DNA from: Rhodospirillales bacterium | GTDB lineage: Bacteria > Pseudomonadota > Alphaproteobacteria > Rhodospirillales > Shumkoniaceae | Direction: 5' to 3' | Assembly: GCA_034003665.1 (NCBI GenBank) | Contig: JAVEYE010000001.1 | Coordinates: 1-43,377, forward strand | Length of the DNA stretch: 43,377 nt | Shown here: positions 37,997 to 43,377 of the stretch, piece by piece | How the letters are laid out: each line of letters begins with the position of its first letter | How positions within the stretch are numbered: the stretch's first letter is position 1 | The notes under the pieces: model-generated | The model's input: the letters and a program-made list of their open reading frames with translations, nothing else | Told to the model about the DNA's origin: nothing | Database searches by the model: none | Translations under genes and position numbers: made by a program

Positions 37997-39349
37997 ATGG
38001 TCAAGACCTTCGAACCGGACGTGGTCTGGCGCGACCCGACCGACCTGACGCCGTACGCCCACAATGCCAAGACGCACCCGGACGGGCAGATCGACCGGAT
38101 CGCCGGGTCGATCGCCGAATACGGGTTCGACCAGCCGATCGTGGTGGATGCCGATGGCGTGATCATCAAGGGCCACGGCCGGCGGCTGGCGGCGCTGCGG
38201 CTCGGCCTGAAGTCGGTTCCGGTAATCGTGCGCGCCGACCTGACGCCGGCGCAGGTCAAAGCGGCTCGCCTGCTCGACAACAAGTCGGCGGAGTCCGATT
38301 GGGACCTGGACGCGCTGGTGATCGACCTGCGCGCGCTGAAGGACGAGGGTTTTGACGGTCCGTTCGGGTTCGACGAGGCCGAGATCGCCGCCATGTTGGC
38401 GAAGGGTGTCGACGGGTCCGGCGGGTTTTCCGGCGAGGACACGGTGCCGGAACCACCGGCCGAGCCGATCAGCCGACCGGGTGACCTGTGGATCCTGGGC
38501 GACCACCGTCTTCTCTGCGGCGACAGCACGAAAGCCGAGGATGTGCGGCGGCTGATGAACGGCGAACGGGCGGTGCTGTTCGCAACGGATCCTCCCTATC
38601 TCGTCGACTACGATGGCACCAACCACCCGCAGAACAAGGCCCGCAAGGCCAAGGTGGCCAAGGGCGACGCCAGCGGGACCGATGGCAACAAGAACTGGTC
38701 GGAGACATACGGCGTCACCTGGGATGACGCGTCCCAGGGGCCGGACCTCTATCGCGGTTTCATCGCGGCGGCGATCGCCGAAGCCATTGCGCCGAACGCC
38801 GCCTGGTACTGCTGGCATGCATCCCGGCGCCAGGCGATGCTGGAAGCGGTGTGGAACGAGTTCGGCGCGTTCCAGCACCAGCAGATCATCTGGAACAAGG
38901 AGAAGGGCGTCCTCACCCGGTCGCGCTATCTGTGGAAGCACGAGCCTTGCCTGATGGGGTGGATCAAGGGCAACCTGCCGCCGAAGGTGGACGGGGCGGA
39001 GTTCCGACCGTCGGTGTGGGACATTCACGGCCTCACGGGCGATGAACGGCCCGACCATCCGACGCCGAAGCCGCTCGACTGTTTCGCGATCCCGATGCGC
39101 CAGCACGTGGAGCGGGGCGGCCTGTGCTACGAGCCATTCTCGGGGTCGGGGTCGCAGATCATGGCCGGCGAGAGCACCGGGCGACGGGTCTATGCCATGG
39201 AGGTCAGCCCGGCCTATGTGGACGTGGCGGTGATGCGTTGGCAGACGGCGACGGGGAAGGCCGCCACCCTGGAATTCGAAGACCGGATTTTCGACGCGGT
39301 GGCAGCGGCGCGCCGGATGGAATCCGATGGCGTAGCTGTGATAGATTGA
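37997..39349 (+). CDS. ParB-like N-terminal domain fused to DNA amino-methyltransferase (beta class)
   Basis: LTPYAHNAKTH...IIKGHGRRLAA (ParBc), DPPY, HPTPKP and EPFSGSGS. Confidence 0.9.
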   Translation: MVKTFEPDVVWRDPTDLTPYAHNAKTHPDGQIDRIAGSIAEYGFDQPIVVDADGVIIKGHGRRLAALRLGLKSVPVIVRADLTPAQVKAARLLDNKSAESDWDLDALVIDLRALKDEGFDGPFGFDEAEIAAMLAKGVDGSGGFSGEDTVPEPPAEPISRPGDLWILGDHRLLCGDSTKAEDVRRLMNGERAVLFATDPPYLVDYDGTNHPQNKARKAKVAKGDASGTDGNKNWSETYGVTWDDASQGPDLYRGFIAAAIAEAIAPNAAWYCWHASRRQAMLEAVWNEFGAFQHQQIIWNKEKGVLTRSRYLWKHEPCLMGWIKGNLPPKVDGAEFRPSVWDIHGLTGDERPDHPTPKPLDCFAIPMRQHVERGGLCYEPFSGSGSQIMAGESTGRRVYAMEVSPAYVDVAVMRWQTATGKAATLEFEDRIFDAVAAARRMESDGVAVID

Positions 39350-39408
39350 CGCGGCATCAGAAAAGCTCCCGAGTCCCGTGTCCCGCCAACTTGCAGCGAG
39401 AGGCCGCC

Positions 39409-39591
39409 ATGGACGACGACATCGAGCAAGCGGCGCGGGATCTTCTGGATCGTCGCGGGGAGGGAGCCATCGACTGGCTCAATGAGCGGATCGGCCAGCT
39501 TCAGGCTGTGCACGACAGCCGTTCGCTGGATACGACCTACCGCATCCTGTCCGTTGTCGAGCGCTTGCTTCGTGAGAACGCCCCGCGTTGA
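39409..39591 (+). CDS. Small hypothetical protein
   Basis: GAGG RBS before ATG 39409; overlaps the next gene. Confidence 0.5.
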   Translation: MDDDIEQAARDLLDRRGEGAIDWLNERIGQLQAVHDSRSLDTTYRILSVVERLLRENAPR

Positions 39592-39809
39592 AGCAATCTC
39601 GGCGCATGTCGCTCGTCGAGGCGATCACTAATGTGGCGGTCGGCTTCGGCGTCGCGGTGACAACTCAGATCGCCGTGTTCCCGCTGTTCGGTCTGCACGC
39701 GACCCTCGCCGACAACCTGCTGATCGGAGTGATCTTCACGTTGGTGTCGATCGCCCGCAGCTACACCCTGCGCCGGCTGTTCGAGGCGATCCGGGTTCGC
39801 CGGTTCTGA
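39588..39809 (+). CDS. Small two-TM phage membrane protein
   Basis: MKQSRRMSLVEAITNVAVG...SIARSYTLRRLFE with two hydrophobic segments. Confidence 0.75.
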   Translation: MKQSRRMSLVEAITNVAVGFGVAVTTQIAVFPLFGLHATLADNLLIGVIFTLVSIARSYTLRRLFEAIRVRRF

Positions 39810-39817
39810 ACGTGACA

Positions 39818-39840
39818 CCGCCGCCCGAGAGGGGCGGCGG
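39818..39840. terminator. Hairpin between convergent genes
   Basis: CCGCCGCCC-GAGAG-GGGCGGCGG; no clear U tract. Confidence 0.5.
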
Positions 39841-39861
39841 CATCGGCTTGGCAGCGGATTA

Positions 39862-40434
39862 TCAGTTGAGAATGCGATAGACCCGGCCCCTGTTCTCGAT
39901 CTTCTCCGAGGTGACGGCGAGCCCGAGCTTCTTCTTGAGCGCGCCGGCGATGGCGCCGCGCACCGTGTGCGCTTGCCAGCCGAAGGCCTCGGTGATCTCG
40001 GCGATGGTGGCCCCCTCGGGGCGTTTGAGCATGGCGATCAACTGGGCCTGCTTGCTGTTCTCGCGGGTCTTGCGCGCGGCCGCGGCCGTGGGCGCCACGG
40101 GCGCGTCATGGTCCGGGGTGGCATCTTCCTGCGGGGCTTCGGCTTCCGGCGCGCTGTCGGCGCCCGCGGGCGCGTCGTCGGGCTCGATGCCGAGGGCGGT
40201 GAGCGCGGCGTCAGTTACCACCAACGTAACGCCGTGACCGTCGCCGGTCTCACGCCAGACGGGGTCGCACAGCTTGGCGTCGACCTCCTCGATCAGACCC
40301 TTGGCGATCAGACTTTCGACGACCGTCTTGGCGGCGCCGCCCTTGAGGCGGTCGGGCAGCGGCAGGACGAGGCCGTCGTCGCGGGCGCAGGCGGCGGAGA
40401 GAATGACGAGTTGCGTATCGGAGAGGTTGGTCAT
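39862..40434 (-). CDS. DUF3489 domain protein
   Basis: LSDTQLVILSAA...SKQAQLIAMLKRPEGATIAEI...GWQAHTVRGAIAGALKKKLGL. Confidence 0.85.
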   Translation of the reverse strand: MTNLSDTQLVILSAACARDDGLVLPLPDRLKGGAAKTVVESLIAKGLIEEVDAKLCDPVWRETGDGHGVTLVVTDAALTALGIEPDDAPAGADSAPEAEAPQEDATPDHDAPVAPTAAAARKTRENSKQAQLIAMLKRPEGATIAEITEAFGWQAHTVRGAIAGALKKKLGLAVTSEKIENRGRVYRILN

Positions 40435-40537
40435 CGGGGCAATCCTTCCATCGAAGGGGCCACGACCATCGCGGCCCTTCTACGGCCCCGAGCCCCGGCC
40501 GCCATGGCGGCGCGGGGCGGTAGCGGAAAGGCGCCGG

Positions 40538-40759
40538 CTATTCGGCGTGCTCGCCCTCCTTGAAGGCGGAATCAGTGATGCGTTTCAGCAGTTCGGCGTA
40601 ATGGCCAAGGGTGCCGACATGACCCCAGTCGATCTCGTCCGGGCTCCAGTTGAAGTGCTCGTCGCTCAAGGCTTGGAGGCGGGCCAGCATGATGTCGATC
40701 TCGGCCTTCCTGGCGATGAAGGCGTCGAGGGCGGAATCGTTGCTGCGGGTCTTGGTCAT
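40538..40759 (-). CDS. Conserved small phage hypothetical protein
   Basis: ALDAFIARKAEID...DEHFNWSPDEIDWGHVGTL; GGAG RBS. Confidence 0.7.
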   Translation of the reverse strand: MTKTRSNDSALDAFIARKAEIDIMLARLQALSDEHFNWSPDEIDWGHVGTLGHYAELLKRITDSAFKEGEHAE

Positions 40760-40853
40760 GGCGGCATCTCCATCGTTGACGCACACATGAAGGCTTCATC
40801 CGCCGAGAGCATCAAGTCTAATCGACTGTAACTAAATGGCTTTCTGACCTGTC

Positions 40854-41432
40854 ATGGCTGAGAACGCCCAACCCGCCGAAGTGCTCGCCAAACTGCTCGA
40901 CATCTCGGAGCGGCGGGTCCGCCAGCTCTGCGCCGAAGGCGTGATCCCGAAGGCGGCGCGGGGGCGCTACGAGGTGGTCGGCGCGGTACGCGGCTACATC
41001 CGCTATTTGCGCGATCTCGCGCTCAAGGGCGAGGTCGGCGCGGCGGATTACGGCCTGGAGCGTGCCCGCTTGGTCAAGGCCAGGGCCGATCTCGCGGAGA
41101 TGGAGGCGGCCGAAAAACGGGACGACCTGATTCCCGCCCGTGACGTCACGGCGGCGTGGACGGAGATCATGGCGCTGGTCCGGGCCCGGCTGTTGGCGTT
41201 GCCCGACAAGATCGCGCCGGTGGTTCATGAAACGACAAGCATCGCCGAAGCCCGGGGCGTCGTCCGCAAGGCGATCCACGACGTGCTTGCGGAAATCGCC
41301 TCGACGGAGGTCGAGATCGCGCCTCGCGCTGACGGGGAAGCCGGCTCTGGGCAAGGTGGTGCGGACGGCCCTGAAGGTGGCCGCGCCGCCGCCCGAGCTG
41401 ACGGTCAGCCAGTGGGCGGACCAGAACCGTAG
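40854..41432 (+). CDS. Terminase small subunit (Nu1-like)
   Basis: wHTH LAKLLDISERRVRQL...GRY and coiled coil ERARLVKARADLAEME; overlaps the large subunit gene. Confidence 0.82.
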   Translation: MAENAQPAEVLAKLLDISERRVRQLCAEGVIPKAARGRYEVVGAVRGYIRYLRDLALKGEVGAADYGLERARLVKARADLAEMEAAEKRDDLIPARDVTAAWTEIMALVRARLLALPDKIAPVVHETTSIAEARGVVRKAIHDVLAEIASTEVEIAPRADGEAGSGQGGADGPEGGRAAARADGQPVGGPEP

Positions 41433-43272
41433 GCTGAGTTCGGAAGCCAGTGCCGAGCCGGGGCGGTGGGCGACGGATCGTGCCGAATACCAGCGCGGCA
41501 TCATGGACGCGATCTCCGATCCGTCCGTCGAGACCGTGGTGGTCAAGACGTCGGCCCAGGTCGGCAAAACCGAGTGCATCCTCAACACGGTCGGGTTCCA
41601 CATCGACCAGGATGCGGCGCCGATCATGGTGGTGATGCCCACCGAACGCGATGCCGAGACCTGGTCGAAGGACCGCTTCGCGCCGATGGTACGCGACACG
41701 CCGTGCCTGCGCGGCAAACTGTCGGATCCGAAGTCGCGGGACGGATCGAACAAGATCCTGCACAAGAAGTTCGGCGGCGGGCACCTGACCATCGTCGGTG
41801 CCAACGCGCCTTCGGGTCTGGCCATGCGGCCGATCCGCGTTCTGCTGTGCGATGAGGTCGACCGTTATCCGGCTAGCGCCGGCGCCGAGGGCGATCCGGT
41901 CAACCTGACCCGAAAGCGCACGGTCACCTTCTGGAACCGCAAGATCGTTCTCGTCTCGACGCCGACCATCAAGGGCGTGAGCCGGATCGACACGGCGTGG
42001 GAGGAAAGTGACCAGCGCCGGTATTGGGTGCCGTGTCCCGAGTGTGGCGAACATCAGGTTCTGCGCTGGGAGCAGGTCCGCTGGGACAAGGACGCCGCGG
42101 GCAACCATCGACCCGAGAACGCCCATTACGTCTGTGAGCACTGCGGATCGATCTGGAACGACGTTCGGCGATGGTCCGCCGTCCGCCAAGGCGAATGGCG
42201 GGCCGAGAAGCCGTTCGCCGGAATCGCCGGGTTCCATCTGAACGAGATCTATTCGCCGTGGGTCCGGCTGGAACACATGGCGCGCACGTTCCTGTCGGCG
42301 AAGGATCATGGCGACGAGGCGATGAAGACCTTCGTCAACACCTCGCTCGGCGAGACCTGGACCGAGACCGGCGAGGCCCCCGATTGGCAACGCATCTATG
42401 ACCGTCGGGAAACCTGGCCCAACGGTACCGTGCCGATGGGGGCGCTGTTTCTGACCGCCGGGGCCGACGTTCAGAAGGATCGCATCGAGATCGACGTCTG
42501 GGCCTGGGGCCGCGGGCTGGAAAGCTGGCTGGTCGACCACATCGTCATCGAGGGCGGCCCCGAGAACGCGAAAGCATGGGCCGAACTCGACGGGCTGCTG
42601 GGCCGGACCTGGAAGCACGCCGGCGGCGCGACGATGACGCTGGCGCGATTTGCCATCGACACCGGCTACGAGGCGCCCGCCGTTTACGCCTGGGCGCGCC
42701 GGGCCGGGTTCGCCCAGGTGACGCCCGTCAAGGGCACGGAAGGATTCAACCGGGCGAGCCCGGTCAGCGGTCCCACCTATGTCGACGCCACCGAGGGCGG
42801 CAAAAAGGTGCGCCGCGGCGCCCGGCTGTGGATGGTTGCCGGCTCGACCTTCAAAACGGAGACCTACCGCTTTCTCAGGCTGGAGCGCCCGACCGACGAG
42901 GAGAGGGCATCCGGTGTCGGTTTTCCGGCCGGCACGGTGCATCTGCCGTCGTGGGCGGACGCCGAATGGTGCAAGCAGTTCGTCGCCGAGCAGCTGGTCA
43001 CGGTGAAGACCCGCCGCGGCTTCGCCCGGCTAGAATGGCAGAAGATGCGCGAGCGCAACGAGGCCCTCGATTGCCGGGTGTATGCCCGCGCCGCCGCCTG
43101 GATTCTTGGTGCCGACCGCTGGTCGGAGGCCAAGTGGAAGGACCTGGAAACGCAGGTGGGGATTGCCGATATCCCCGCCGATGCGACACCGCAGGACCTA
43201 CCCGCCGCCGGTGTCGTCCGCCACCCGGTGCGGCGGGGCCGCCGAGTGTTCCAGTCCTCCTACCTGAAGTGA
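41329..43272 (+). CDS. Terminase large subunit (GpA family)
   Basis: PPPELTVSQWAD, Walker A SAQVGKT, DEVD, STPT, CPECG, GADVQ, IDTG and RNEALDC. Start uncertain (CTG 41329 or GTG 41356). Confidence 0.93.
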   Translation: MTGKPALGKVVRTALKVAAPPPELTVSQWADQNRRLSSEASAEPGRWATDRAEYQRGIMDAISDPSVETVVVKTSAQVGKTECILNTVGFHIDQDAAPIMVVMPTERDAETWSKDRFAPMVRDTPCLRGKLSDPKSRDGSNKILHKKFGGGHLTIVGANAPSGLAMRPIRVLLCDEVDRYPASAGAEGDPVNLTRKRTVTFWNRKIVLVSTPTIKGVSRIDTAWEESDQRRYWVPCPECGEHQVLRWEQVRWDKDAAGNHRPENAHYVCEHCGSIWNDVRRWSAVRQGEWRAEKPFAGIAGFHLNEIYSPWVRLEHMARTFLSAKDHGDEAMKTFVNTSLGETWTETGEAPDWQRIYDRRETWPNGTVPMGALFLTAGADVQKDRIEIDVWAWGRGLESWLVDHIVIEGGPENAKAWAELDGLLGRTWKHAGGATMTLARFAIDTGYEAPAVYAWARRAGFAQVTPVKGTEGFNRASPVSGPTYVDATEGGKKVRRGARLWMVAGSTFKTETYRFLRLERPTDEERASGVGFPAGTVHLPSWADAEWCKQFVAEQLVTVKTRRGFARLEWQKMRERNEALDCRVYARAAAWILGADRWSEAKWKDLETQVGIADIPADATPQDLPAAGVVRHPVRRGRRVFQSSYLK

Positions 43273-43377
43273 TGCCATGACTCTCGACGGCGCGCGGAAT
43301 TCAGCGCGGTTGCGGCTTTGCCATCTATTCGGGATTGCGCCATTCAGGCGACAAACGGAAGAAAACAGCAGACGCTC

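Larger units (their letters stand above)
21568..43377. mobile_element. Prophage, left arm (integration - immunity - replication - cos - terminase); runs to the window end
   Basis: Contiguous recombinase, repressor/anti-repressor, helicase/primase, RuvC-like, methyltransferase and GpA terminase genes. The left att site was not located. Confidence 0.85.

Overview
High-GC alphaproteobacterial-type DNA (Rhodospirillales-like, inferred from gene content) made almost entirely of accessory elements. (1) 1-3.0 kb: an ERF-family annealing protein gene and a secreted LprI/Sel1-repeat protein gene. (2) 3.5-15.3 kb: a compound type I restriction-modification operon, hsdM - DUF262/GmrSD-like nuclease - PRTase-like protein - NADAR::HsdS in-frame fusion - darT - darG(macro) - hsdR. 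(3) 16.0-21.3 kb: a DnaE (Pol III alpha) paralogue with an intact frame but substituted catalytic motifs and a C-terminal truncation, a secreted protein, a UDG-like protein and a WYL regulator. (4) 21.6 kb to the end: the left arm of a lambdoid-type prophage. It carries a DUF2924/serine recombinase module, an XRE + ImmA/IrrE switch with three 20-bp operator boxes, a replication module with an iteron-like origin, a lambda-like cos site, a ParB-methyltransferase and the terminase genes. The best candidates for undescribed biology are the PRTase / NADAR-HsdS / DarTG module nested in the type I RM operon, the apparently inactive DnaE, and the operator-defined prophage induction cascade. All family calls come from motif recognition by eye; no searches were run.
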